Positions 1-9,793 of a stretch of DNA of 64,000 nucleotides are shown one piece after another. The position numbers and the translations under genes were made by a program. The stretch is from Escherichia coli (GTDB lineage: Bacteria > Pseudomonadota > Gammaproteobacteria > Enterobacterales > Enterobacteriaceae): assembly GCF_030013595.1 (NCBI RefSeq), contig NZ_CP122768.1. One strand, given 5' to 3'. Under the pieces are notes generated by a model. It worked only from the letters and a program-made list of their open reading frames with translations. It was not told where the DNA came from and did not search any database. Every line of letters begins with the position of its first letter. Positions within the stretch are counted from its first letter, which is position 1.

Positions 1-213
1 CCGTGATCGGTTATCGGGGCTTTGACTGCGAAAGTATCGGCATCTTTTTTATTCATAACCTCGATGAATTTATCGGTTTCTTTCCGCGCATGTTTAATCG
101 CGTCAGACATCGCTTGTTTATCATAACCTCCCGTCACTAACGTATCCGAAACTTCACTAAAGCCCGCGGTAGTAAAAAATAGCAGACTCAACATAAGTAA
201 TATCTTTTTCATT
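1..213 (-). CDS. Secreted protein of unknown function, N-terminal fragment (continues beyond window start); position matches yegJ in K-12 synteny
   Basis: Reverse-complement translation from ATG at 213 gives MKKILLMLSLLFFTTAGFSEVSDTLVTGGYDKQAMSDAIKHARKETDKFIEVMNKK..., a typical signal peptide; divergent from yegI. Not in ORF track because it is truncated. Confidence 0.5.
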
Positions 214-411
214 TTTTCTCCAGAATCCCTTTGTAGTCAAAGTTAGCAAAAACCTGTGGAAGTTAATCATTATCAGGCCGAAATTGAATTGTATCCTGAT
301 AAAATTGCATTATCATTTTTATTCTTGAGTGGGTTTTCCCCATATAGAAATAATTTTAATGGTTAGTTGTTATTATTCATTGAAATATAATATAACTACC
401 CGCGAAATATT

Positions 412-2358
412 ATGAAAACAAATATAAAAGTATTTACATCGACAGGTGAATTGACCACTCTTGGCCGTGAACTGGGCAAAGGTGGTGAAGGCGCGGTTTA
501 TGATATCGAGGAGTTTGTCGATAGCGTCGCCAAGATTTATCACACGCCGCCACCCGCCTTAAAACAGGACAAACTTGCCTTTATGGCTGCGACAGCTGAC
601 GCGCAGTTGTTGAATTATGTCGCCTGGCCGCAGGCAACGCTTCACGGTGGACGAGGCGGAAAAGTTATCGGTTTTATGATGCCAAAAGTTTCTGGTAAAG
701 AACCGATTCATATGATCTATAGCCCGGCACATCGTCGCCAGAGTTACCCTCATTGTGCGTGGGATTTTCTACTCTATGTTGCGCGCAATATTGCTTCATC
801 TTTTGCTACGGTTCACGAGCACGGGCACGTCGTGGGTGACGTAAACCAGAACAGTTTTATGGTAGGTCGCGACAGCAAAGTGGTACTGATTGATAGCGAC
901 TCCTTTCAGATTAACGCCAATGGCACACTGCATTTATGCGAAGTCGGCGTGTCGCATTTTACGCCGCCAGAGCTACAAACCTTGTCGTCATTTGTCGGCT
1001 TTGAACGCACAGAAAATCACGATAATTTTGGCCTTGCGTTGCTGATTTTTCACGTCTTGTTTGGTGGCCGGCATCCTTATTCTGGTGTGCCGCTTATCTC
1101 TGATGCGGGTAATGCGCTGGAGACGGATATTACCCATTTCCGTTATGCCTACGCGTCAGATAATCAGCGACGTGGTTTAAAACCGCCGCCACGATCGATT
1201 CCGCTATCGATGTTACCGAGTGATGTTGAAGCCATGTTTCAGCAGGCATTCACGGAAAGTGGCGTGGCAACCGGGCGTCCGACGGCTAAAGCGTGGGTAG
1301 CGGCACTTGATTCTCTGCGCCAACAGTTAAAGAAATGTCCCGTTTCGGCAATGCATGTTTATCCCGCTCATTTGACCGACTGCCCGTGGTGTGCGCTGGA
1401 TAATCAAGGCGTTATCTATTTTATTGATCTCGGCGAAGAGGTCATTACCACCAGCGGTGATTTTGTGCTGGCGAAAGTCTGGGCGATGGTGATGGCGTCA
1501 GTAGCACCGCCAGCATTGCAATTGCCATTACCCGATCATTTCCAACCGACTGGCAGGCCGCTTCCTTTAGGCCTGTTACGGCGCGAATACATCATTCTGA
1601 TTGAGATCGCACTGTCAGCGTTATCGCTGTTGCTTTGCGGCCTTCAGGCAGAACCGCGTTATATTATTTTGGTTCCTGTGCTGTCGGCTATCTGGATTAT
1701 TGGCAGTCTGACAAGCAAAGCGTACAAAGCAGAAGTTCAGCAACGCCGTGAGGCATTTAATCGCGCGAAAATGGACTATGACCATTTATTCAGCCAGATC
1801 CAACAGTTGGGCGGGCTGGAAGGTTTTATCGCCAAACGGACGATGCTCGAAAAAATGAAGGACGAAATGCTCGGGTTACCGGAAGAAGAAAAACGTGCTC
1901 TGGCAGCACTTCACGACACCGCAAGGGAACGGCAGAAGCAGAAGTTTCTGGAGGGATTTTTTATTGATGTTGCCTCTATTCCCGGCGTTGGCCCTGCGCG
2001 TAAAGCGGCGTTACGGTCCTTTGGTATTGAAACAGCAGCGGATGTTACCCGTCGTGGGGTTAAGCAAGTGAAAGGGTTTGGTGATCATCTGACCCAGGCA
2101 GTTATCGACTGGAAAGCAAGTTGCGAACGCCGTTTTGTGTTCAGGCCGAATGAAGCGGTAACGCCAGCAGACAGACAAGCGGTAATGGCGAAAATGACCG
2201 CCAAACGACATCGGCTGGAATCGACGTTGACTGTCGGCGCGACAGAGTTGCAGCGATTCCGCCTTCATGCTCCAGCACGGACCATGCCGTTGATGGAACC
2301 GTTACGTCAGGCGGCAGAAAAACTGGCTCAGGCGCAGGCAGATTTAAGCCGCTGCTGA
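412..2358 (+). CDS. yegI: Eukaryotic-like Ser/Thr protein kinase family protein with C-terminal membrane/helical region
   Basis: 648 aa ORF; glycine-rich loop GKGGEGAVYD, catalytic-loop-like HGHVVGDVNQNSF, DSDSF (DFG-like); hydrophobic segments around residues 390-440; synteny next to yegD/alkA. Confidence 0.85.
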   Translation: MKTNIKVFTSTGELTTLGRELGKGGEGAVYDIEEFVDSVAKIYHTPPPALKQDKLAFMAATADAQLLNYVAWPQATLHGGRGGKVIGFMMPKVSGKEPIHMIYSPAHRRQSYPHCAWDFLLYVARNIASSFATVHEHGHVVGDVNQNSFMVGRDSKVVLIDSDSFQINANGTLHLCEVGVSHFTPPELQTLSSFVGFERTENHDNFGLALLIFHVLFGGRHPYSGVPLISDAGNALETDITHFRYAYASDNQRRGLKPPPRSIPLSMLPSDVEAMFQQAFTESGVATGRPTAKAWVAALDSLRQQLKKCPVSAMHVYPAHLTDCPWCALDNQGVIYFIDLGEEVITTSGDFVLAKVWAMVMASVAPPALQLPLPDHFQPTGRPLPLGLLRREYIILIEIALSALSLLLCGLQAEPRYIILVPVLSAIWIIGSLTSKAYKAEVQQRREAFNRAKMDYDHLFSQIQQLGGLEGFIAKRTMLEKMKDEMLGLPEEEKRALAALHDTARERQKQKFLEGFFIDVASIPGVGPARKAALRSFGIETAADVTRRGVKQVKGFGDHLTQAVIDWKASCERRFVFRPNEAVTPADRQAVMAKMTAKRHRLESTLTVGATELQRFRLHAPARTMPLMEPLRQAAEKLAQAQADLSRC

Positions 2359-2370
2359 GCCAGTTTTCAA

Positions 2371-3723
2371 TTAACGAAACACCACTTCCGCCCAGCGTGC
2401 CAGCCCGGCGGTGACGGAGCCAAAGTCATCGCCGCCTGCAATCGGAATGCCCGGCAACTGTTCTGCCAGCGCTTTTTTAATCAGCGGCGAACGGGCGCTA
2501 CCGCCGGTCAGGTATATAACGTCCGGTTTTTCCTGGGCGTTATCCAGCGCCAGTTGCACCTGTTCCAGAATTCGCGCAAGCGGCTGGCTGAGGGCGCTTT
2601 CCAGCCCTTGCTGGCTAATCAGCGTAGCCAGTTCATCGCTGATAAACGGCAGTGAGGCGCGAGTTTCCGCAGTGCTGGAAAGAGCAATTTTGCTCTCTTC
2701 TGCGCTGCGTACCAGGCGATAGCTTAAACGCTGACGCCAGACTTTCTGTAACAGGGCCACTTTTTCCGGTTCGCGGGCATCGCGTACCAGATCGTTAAGC
2801 AGACGACCGTTGGCACTACTGTAGAAATCACTCTGCGCAGGAACGTCGTTGATGGCAACCGCATTCCACCACGGCAGAATCGGCAGGGCGATGCCTTTTT
2901 CGGTTTCGCCACCCATGCCCAGTAACGGCATCAGGTTTTTAAACGCCAGCGCGATATCCAGATCGTTACCGCCAATACGGCAACCACTGTGACCCAGCAG
3001 GCTGGCTTCACGATCGAGACGCGAACGCCACTGCGGCCCCATCAGCAGCAATGAACAGTCAGTCGTACCACCGCCGATATCCACCACCAGCACCCGTTTT
3101 TCTTCCTGCAAGGTGGCTTCGTAATCCAGCCCAGCCGCGACCGGCTCGTACTGGAATACCACGTCCCTGAATCCGGCACGCTTCGCCGCGCGTTCCAGAA
3201 TCCCTTGCGCCTGGGCGTTTGCTTCATCGCCGCCAAGCCCCTGGAAGTTGATCGGGCGACCAATCACTGCCTGAGTAATTGCCTCCGGCAGTTGAGCCTG
3301 CGCCTGTTGGCGAATGTGCAACATCATTGCGCAGACCAGATCCTCAAACAGCGCTACCTGCTGCGGTTTTAAGCCGCTGGCACCGAGGAACGATTTTGGT
3401 GATTTCACAAACCACACTTCTTCTGGATCATCAATGTACTGTGCCAGTGAGGAAAGACCGAACTGCACGCTTTTCGCCGTAACATCGATATCTTCTTCGC
3501 GGTTATAACGAATCGCCCGACGCAACAGCGCCTGCGTTTCATCGTCGTCTGCCGGAACATCATGATGGCGGTACAGCCATTCGCTTACCGCTTCACGCGT
3601 TGGCGCGCAAAGCATTGAAGGCAGCAGCGTGCTGTCGTTTTCCATTTTTAGCAAGTGCGGTTTACCGTCACGCATGACCGCCACTGAACAGTTTGCTGTA
3701 CCGTAATCAAAACCAATAAACAC
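2371..3723 (-). CDS. yegD: Hsp70/actin-like ATPase family protein
   Basis: ORF-track 471 aa ORF trimmed to the GTG giving VFIGFDYGTANCSVAV... (450 aa); DnaK-like phosphate-1 motif (IGFDYGT), DIGGGTTD motif present; convergent with yegI, stop codons 12 bp apart. Confidence 0.85.
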   Translation of the reverse strand: MFIGFDYGTANCSVAVMRDGKPHLLKMENDSTLLPSMLCAPTREAVSEWLYRHHDVPADDDETQALLRRAIRYNREEDIDVTAKSVQFGLSSLAQYIDDPEEVWFVKSPKSFLGASGLKPQQVALFEDLVCAMMLHIRQQAQAQLPEAITQAVIGRPINFQGLGGDEANAQAQGILERAAKRAGFRDVVFQYEPVAAGLDYEATLQEEKRVLVVDIGGGTTDCSLLLMGPQWRSRLDREASLLGHSGCRIGGNDLDIALAFKNLMPLLGMGGETEKGIALPILPWWNAVAINDVPAQSDFYSSANGRLLNDLVRDAREPEKVALLQKVWRQRLSYRLVRSAEESKIALSSTAETRASLPFISDELATLISQQGLESALSQPLARILEQVQLALDNAQEKPDVIYLTGGSARSPLIKKALAEQLPGIPIAGGDDFGSVTAGLARWAEVVFR

Positions 3724-3856
3724 GAAATAATCCCCATGCCGGTGAAGAAGGGGCGTGACTTTAGCGAAATGTTGCCGTCGCGACAACCGGAATATGAAAG
3801 CAAAGCGTAGCGTCTGAATAACGTTTATGCTGAAAGCGGATTAACAAGGAGATGCG

Positions 3857-4705
3857 ATGTATACCCTGAACTGGCAGCCGCCGTATGACTGGTCGTGGAT
3901 GTTGGGATTTCTCGCCGCCCGTGCAGTGAGTGGTGTGGAAACGGTCGCGGACAGTTATTATGCCCGTAGTCTGGCGGTGGGCGAATATCGCGGCGTGGTG
4001 ACTGCTATTCCGGATATAGCCCGCCATACTCTGCACATAAATTTAAGTGCAGGTTTAGAACCCGTTGCCGCTGAGTGTCTGGCGAAAATGAGCCGCCTGC
4101 TTGATCTGCAATGTAACCCGCAGATTGTTAACGGTGCGTTGGGCAAGTTAGGCGCGGCGCGGCCCGGATTGCGTTTACCCGGCAGTGTTGATGCTTTTGA
4201 GCAGGGCGTGCGGGCGATTTTAGGCCAACTGGTGAGCGTGGCGATGGCGGCAAAATTGACCGCCAGAGTGGCACAGCTTTATGGCGAACGGCTGGATGAT
4301 TTTCCGGAGTATATCTGCTTCCCCACGCCTCAGCGGCTGGCAGCAGCCGACCCGCAGGCATTAAAAGCGTTAGGCATGCCGTTGAAACGGGCAGAGGCAC
4401 TGATTCATCTGGCAAATGTGGCGCTGGAGGGCAGCTTACCAATGACAATTCCGGGCGATGTGGAGCAGGCGATGAAAACGCTGCAAACTTTTCCGGGTAT
4501 CGGGCGCTGGACGGCGAATTATTTCGCTTTGCGTGGCTGGCAGGCGAAAGATGTTTTCCTGCCGGATGATTATCTGATTAAACAGCGATTTCCGGGAATG
4601 ACACCAGCACAAATCCGCCGTTATGCCGAACGCTGGAAGCCCTGGCGCTCTTATGCGCTGTTGCATATCTGGTATACGGAAGGCTGGCAACCAGACGAAG
4701 CATGA
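3857..4705 (+). CDS. alkA: 3-methyladenine DNA glycosylase II
   Basis: 282 aa ORF MYTLNWQPPYDWSWMLGFLAARAVSGVETV...; length and sequence match AlkA; HhH-GPD region present. Confidence 0.92.
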   Translation: MYTLNWQPPYDWSWMLGFLAARAVSGVETVADSYYARSLAVGEYRGVVTAIPDIARHTLHINLSAGLEPVAAECLAKMSRLLDLQCNPQIVNGALGKLGAARPGLRLPGSVDAFEQGVRAILGQLVSVAMAAKLTARVAQLYGERLDDFPEYICFPTPQRLAAADPQALKALGMPLKRAEALIHLANVALEGSLPMTIPGDVEQAMKTLQTFPGIGRWTANYFALRGWQAKDVFLPDDYLIKQRFPGMTPAQIRRYAERWKPWRSYALLHIWYTEGWQPDEA

Positions 4706-4715
4706 CGTTGGTCGC

Positions 4716-4806
4716 CGGATGCGGTGCGAGCGCCTTATCCGGCCTGGAGAATGAGCGATTTGTAGATTTGTAGGCCTGATAAGACGCGTTAGCGTCGCAT
4801 CAGGCA
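4716..4806. repeat. REP (repetitive extragenic palindromic) elements between convergent alkA and dgcE
   Basis: gccggatgcggtgcgagcgccttatccggc and gtaggcctgataagacgcgttagcgtcgcatcaggc; the same core recurs many times in this window. Confidence 0.85.
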
Positions 4807-4822
4807 ATGGGCAAACGCTCCC

Positions 4823-7800
4823 TCAGTTAATCGCGAAATAACTACTATTCACCAGCAAATCCAGCGGTTGGGCATCGGCAATCACATCACCATAAATCAG
4901 ATCGACGCCGATGCCCGAAAGCGTATCCATCACTAAGGGTAAAACGACTGGCCCGGCTATAGTCTTCACCCCGAGTCGCTGAGCGTGCCCCAGAATAATC
5001 GTAATCAGCATCTCATCCATCAAATTACCCTGCACGTTGGCGCATAAATCCCCATCAAGTAGCAGGTAATCTGCCATATTCGCTTTCAGCGAGTTGAAGA
5101 TTTGCAGATCGCGGCCCACCTGGCTGAGCACTATCCGACATCCCGCCAGCCGCAGTTTTTGCACGCTTTCTGCGTGATCTAAAATCGCTTCTGCCGGAAT
5201 AACCAGATGTAATAACCGTGGTGGTAGAGGGCTATTTTCCATCTGCTCAAGCAGGTCATTCACCAGCGTGGCGCTACTCAAACCGGCAACGGAAAGGGGG
5301 AGGGCGATGCTTATGCCTTTACTGGCAACCGCTTTGGCAGCCTGCTGGAAAAATTCGTGGAATACCCGTCGGTCAAGAGCATGGCTAAGTGCCGGATCGC
5401 TGCAGCTACGACGAAATGTTTGTTCATCAATAATCTCGCCTTCGCAACTCCACAGCTTAAGTGAAATCAGCCACAAATTACGCGCTTCCGGGATCCGTGG
5501 CGAAGCGACACCGTGGGCGATCATCATCAACTGATTCTCTTTAATCATCCGCCACTGTTCATCAAGCGACATCGCCGCCTGTTCGCTATGTGCGGCAGCT
5601 TGCTGCGGTTCGTAAATCGTCACCCGGCCCCGGCCACCATTTTTGGAGGCATAACAGGCGATATCAGCCTGCGACATCACTTCAGCCGCCTGATGATTGT
5701 TGTCATCAATCAAGGTAATCCCGGCACTGGCACCTACCCGATGTACACGTCCTTCCCAGATAAAGTGATAGTCATTCACAGCACTGATAATACGTGTAGC
5801 GATAAAACGCGCACTTTCGACATTGCAGTCTGGCAGCAGCAGACCAAATTCATCACCGCCGAGCCGCGCCAGCACGTCGCTGGAGCGCAGCATGCTCAGC
5901 ATCAACGACGCCAGTTCGCGCAGTAAAGCGTCGCCCGCCGCATGCCCGGCGCTGTCATTCACCGCTTTAAAGCGATCAAGATCGATAAACACCAGGGCAT
6001 GTCGCTGATGCGTACTGTTTACCGTTTGCAGCAGGATGCGTAGTTGCTTCTCAAAACTGGCGCGATTGGCGAGATGCGTCAGTGCATCATGGGAGGCGCT
6101 GTAGCTCAGCTGGCGCAGCATTTTGCGTGATTCGGTGACGTCCTGAATCACCAGAACCGAACCAATATTGCTGCCGTCCAGAGTACTTAACGGCGTAATA
6201 CTGTAATGCACGTCGTAGCTGCCGCCGCTCCGGCAGTGCAACACCACATCTTGTTCAATCGCGGAACGTGAGGTGTCGGCACTGTAAATGTTTTCCATTA
6301 ATGGTCCGTTGTCGCCAAAAGTAATATGCAACACCGTCAGGAGCGGAACACCTAATGCTTCTTCCTGCGTCCAGCCGCTCATCTTCTCCGCCACTGGATT
6401 CATAAAGGTAATTTTCATTGCCATATCAATACAGACCACGGCTTCGCCGATGGAGTCCAGCGTAATGTGCAGGCGCTCTTTTTCCTGAAACAATGCCTCG
6501 TTAAGCTGTTTAACCTCGGTCATATCCATATTAATGCCGAGCAGGCGTTCGACTTCGCCTTCTTTATTCAGTACCCGGTTGGCGAGGGCGCGGATATGGC
6601 GGATGCCATCTTTCACGGCAATGCGAAATTCCAGCTTAAAGGGCGAGCGTGATTGCAACGAATCACGAATCACTTTTTCGGCATGCTGGCGATCTTCCGG
6701 CAGCACGCACTCGTACCACACCTGCCAGTTCGGTTTGATATGCGGAGGAATTTCATACAGCTCGAACATCCGCTTATCCCAGCTAAAAATATTCGGCTTC
6801 AGCTCCCACTCCCAGATGCCAATCCCGCCCGCTTCGTTAGCCAGCGTGATGCGTTCCATCAGTTGCTGATTCACCTGTTCGGTGCGTTTTAGCTCGTTAA
6901 TGTCTTCAATCTGAGCGATAAAATAGAGCGGCGTGCCATCCGTGTGGCGCACCAGTGAGACGGCAAGCAACGCCCAGACAACATCGCCATTGCGGTTGTA
7001 GTAACGTTTTTCCATTGAATAGGTGTTTATTTCACCGCTTATCAGCTTTTCAACCTGTTGGAGATCTTTATTGAGATCCTCCGGCCAGGTCAGTTGCTGA
7101 AAGGTGAGTCCGCGCAGCTCTTCCTGACTGTAACCGAGAAACTGGCAGAGTGCTTTGTTGGATTGCAGCCATTGTCCCTCGGTGCCCACTAATGCCATGC
7201 CGATGGCGGAATATTCCATGGCGTTCCGAAAGCGGGTTTCGCTTTCGGAAATGTGTTTGCGTTCCGCACGAAAGGCATACATCACCATGGTCATGATGTT
7301 GGCGGGCAGCAGGATCAGCAAAAACGGTAGCCACGGCATATGGCTCGTCAGGTACGTACGCGGCGTAGCAAGCAGGGAGGGATCCGCGGCCATCATCAGC
7401 GACACCATCATTACCGTGGTAAGGAAGATCAAAAAGGCTTCCATTCGTGGCAGGCGCACGGCGCTCCACATCAACAGCACAATAATGAAAGTAAAAGGCC
7501 ACGGCAGATACAGCATCGAAAGCCAGCTTAACGTCAGTGTGATGGCTAACGTGAGCAGCGACTCAAAAAGCAACCGTGGGTTGCGATGGCGCAGCAGATA
7601 GTGTGGTTTAAATAACAATCCCAGCGGCACCAGTGCCAGAGCGCCGATGGATTCTGACAGTACCCATATCAAAAATGCCCTGAGAGGATCGTCTCCGGGC
7701 GTCAGCAGGACAACCAGAACACCCCCCAACAGAGGTGGAACAATGGCGCTGCCGAGTGCCAGACGCAGCCAGTCAGCCAGATTTTGCAAGGGGTTATACC

Positions 7801-8140
7801 ACGGCAGCAATTTACGTAGCAGCACTGCCCCGACCACGGCTTCAACAATATTGATGGTCGTCCAGGTCATGTTCAGCGAGCTGGTGGAAAAAAGCAGGAT
7901 GGATGCGGCGATATTTCCCAGCGAACAGCTCAGCGCAATTCCCGGCCACATGCGCCCGGCATGGCGATAAAACGCCACCATCATGATGGACGTCGGGAAC
8001 CACAGTGGGGCGAGTTGGGTGCCAAACTGCGAAAGCTCAAGCGAGAAAAGGGTAAAGATAAACGAGACTAAACCTAAACTGACCAGGTGAAGCAGCGGGT
8101 GGGGCAGGGCAATTAATACATGCTGTGATTGTTTGCTCAT
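4823..8140 (-). CDS. dgcE: Diguanylate cyclase with MASE1 membrane domain, PAS domains, GGDEF and degenerate EAL domain
   Basis: 1105 aa ORF; N-terminal polytopic membrane region, RLGGDEFGLLLP (GGDEF motif) visible; synteny alkA/udk. Confidence 0.9.
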   Translation of the reverse strand: MSKQSQHVLIALPHPLLHLVSLGLVSFIFTLFSLELSQFGTQLAPLWFPTSIMMVAFYRHAGRMWPGIALSCSLGNIAASILLFSTSSLNMTWTTINIVEAVVGAVLLRKLLPWYNPLQNLADWLRLALGSAIVPPLLGGVLVVLLTPGDDPLRAFLIWVLSESIGALALVPLGLLFKPHYLLRHRNPRLLFESLLTLAITLTLSWLSMLYLPWPFTFIIVLLMWSAVRLPRMEAFLIFLTTVMMVSLMMAADPSLLATPRTYLTSHMPWLPFLLILLPANIMTMVMYAFRAERKHISESETRFRNAMEYSAIGMALVGTEGQWLQSNKALCQFLGYSQEELRGLTFQQLTWPEDLNKDLQQVEKLISGEINTYSMEKRYYNRNGDVVWALLAVSLVRHTDGTPLYFIAQIEDINELKRTEQVNQQLMERITLANEAGGIGIWEWELKPNIFSWDKRMFELYEIPPHIKPNWQVWYECVLPEDRQHAEKVIRDSLQSRSPFKLEFRIAVKDGIRHIRALANRVLNKEGEVERLLGINMDMTEVKQLNEALFQEKERLHITLDSIGEAVVCIDMAMKITFMNPVAEKMSGWTQEEALGVPLLTVLHITFGDNGPLMENIYSADTSRSAIEQDVVLHCRSGGSYDVHYSITPLSTLDGSNIGSVLVIQDVTESRKMLRQLSYSASHDALTHLANRASFEKQLRILLQTVNSTHQRHALVFIDLDRFKAVNDSAGHAAGDALLRELASLMLSMLRSSDVLARLGGDEFGLLLPDCNVESARFIATRIISAVNDYHFIWEGRVHRVGASAGITLIDDNNHQAAEVMSQADIACYASKNGGRGRVTIYEPQQAAAHSEQAAMSLDEQWRMIKENQLMMIAHGVASPRIPEARNLWLISLKLWSCEGEIIDEQTFRRSCSDPALSHALDRRVFHEFFQQAAKAVASKGISIALPLSVAGLSSATLVNDLLEQMENSPLPPRLLHLVIPAEAILDHAESVQKLRLAGCRIVLSQVGRDLQIFNSLKANMADYLLLDGDLCANVQGNLMDEMLITIILGHAQRLGVKTIAGPVVLPLVMDTLSGIGVDLIYGDVIADAQPLDLLVNSSYFAIN

Positions 8141-8457
8141 TACCGCTTTATCCGCAAGACCTGGTCGCCAGTATTCGTTTCTGTGTTTATGCTAGTACAA
8201 AAGTTTTACATTTTATATGCGAATTGCTCATAAAGTGACGTAAAGGCGGATAATTTGCGCAACTGCGTATAACATTTTTTACCTTACATAAAACTGATCA
8301 ACGTAATTTGCCCCCGGGAATTCTTTGTCAACAATTAACTCTGAGCGCGCGGCAACGCTATTCGACTGGTATCAGACGGATGAAATCCCTATAATTGCCG
8401 CGTTTGGCGCTTCGTCGCCCCCTTCCTAACATCCAGGTTAATCAGGTCGCTAAATAT

Positions 8458-9099
8458 ATGACTGATCAGTCTCATCAGTGCGTCATTATCGGTATCGCTG
8501 GCGCATCGGCTTCCGGCAAGAGTCTTATTGCCAGTACCCTTTATCGTGAATTGCGTGAGCAAGTCGGTGATGAACACATCGGCGTAATTCCCGAAGACTG
8601 CTATTACAAAGATCAAAGCCATCTGTCGATGGAAGAACGCGTTAAGACCAACTACGACCATCCCAGCGCGATGGATCACAGTCTGCTGCTTGAGCATTTA
8701 CAAGCGTTGAAACGCGGCTCGGCAATTGACCTGCCGGTTTACAGCTATGTTGAACATACGCGTATGAAAGAAACGGTGACGGTTGAGCCGAAGAAGGTCA
8801 TCATTCTCGAAGGCATTTTGTTGCTGACGGATGCGCGTTTGCGTGACGAACTTAACTTCTCCATTTTCGTTGATACCCCGCTGGATATCTGCCTGATGCG
8901 CCGCATCAAGCGTGACGTTAACGAGCGTGGGCGTTCAATGGATTCAGTGATGGCGCAATATCAAAAAACCGTGCGCCCGATGTTCCTGCAATTCATTGAG
9001 CCTTCTAAACAATATGCGGACATTATCGTGCCGCGCGGCGGGAAAAACCGCATCGCGATCGATATATTGAAAGCGAAAATAAGTCAGTTCTTTGAATAA
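8458..9099 (+). CDS. udk: Uridine/cytidine kinase
   Basis: ORF-track ORF trimmed to internal ATG giving [26 protein letters not shown] (213 aa); P-loop GASASGKS. Confidence 0.92.
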
Positions 9100-9190
9100 G
9101 CTTGATAAATTGTGTACCGTTCAGTGATAACCTGGTATGCCCTTGACGTAATTGGCGTTAAGGGAGTGATGCGCGAAAGGAGAAAATGCC

Positions 9191-9772
9191 ATGCGTCTGT
9201 GTGACCGAGATATTGAAGCCTGGCTTGATGAAGGCCGTTTGTCGATCAACCCACGTCCGCCAGTGGAGCGTATTAACGGCGCGACGGTGGATGTACGCCT
9301 GGGCAATAAATTTCGTACCTTCCGTGGTCACACGGCAGCGTTTATCGATCTGAGCGGTCCCAAAGATGAAGTGAGCGCCGCGCTTGACCGCGTGATGAGC
9401 GATGAGATCGTTCTCGACGAGGGCGAGGCGTTCTATCTTCACCCAGGAGAGCTGGCGCTGGCGGTGACGCTGGAGTCGGTGACGCTGCCAGCCGATCTGG
9501 TGGGCTGGCTGGACGGGCGTTCCTCACTGGCGCGTCTGGGGCTGATGGTGCACGTCACCGCGCACCGCATCGATCCGGGCTGGTCTGGTTGCATTGTGCT
9601 GGAGTTCTACAACTCCGGTAAGCTGCCGCTGGCGCTGCGTCCGGGCATGTTAATTGGTGCGCTGAGCTTTGAGCCGCTTTCCGGCCCGGCGGCGCGACCT
9701 TACAACCGCCGTGAAGATGCGAAATATCGCAACCAGCAGGGCGCGGTAGCCAGCCGAATCGATAAAGACTAA
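9191..9772 (+). CDS. dcd: dCTP deaminase
   Basis: 193 aa [26 protein letters not shown]...; conserved size and sequence. Confidence 0.93.
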
Positions 9773-9793
9773 TTCAGGCCCATTGAGGATACC

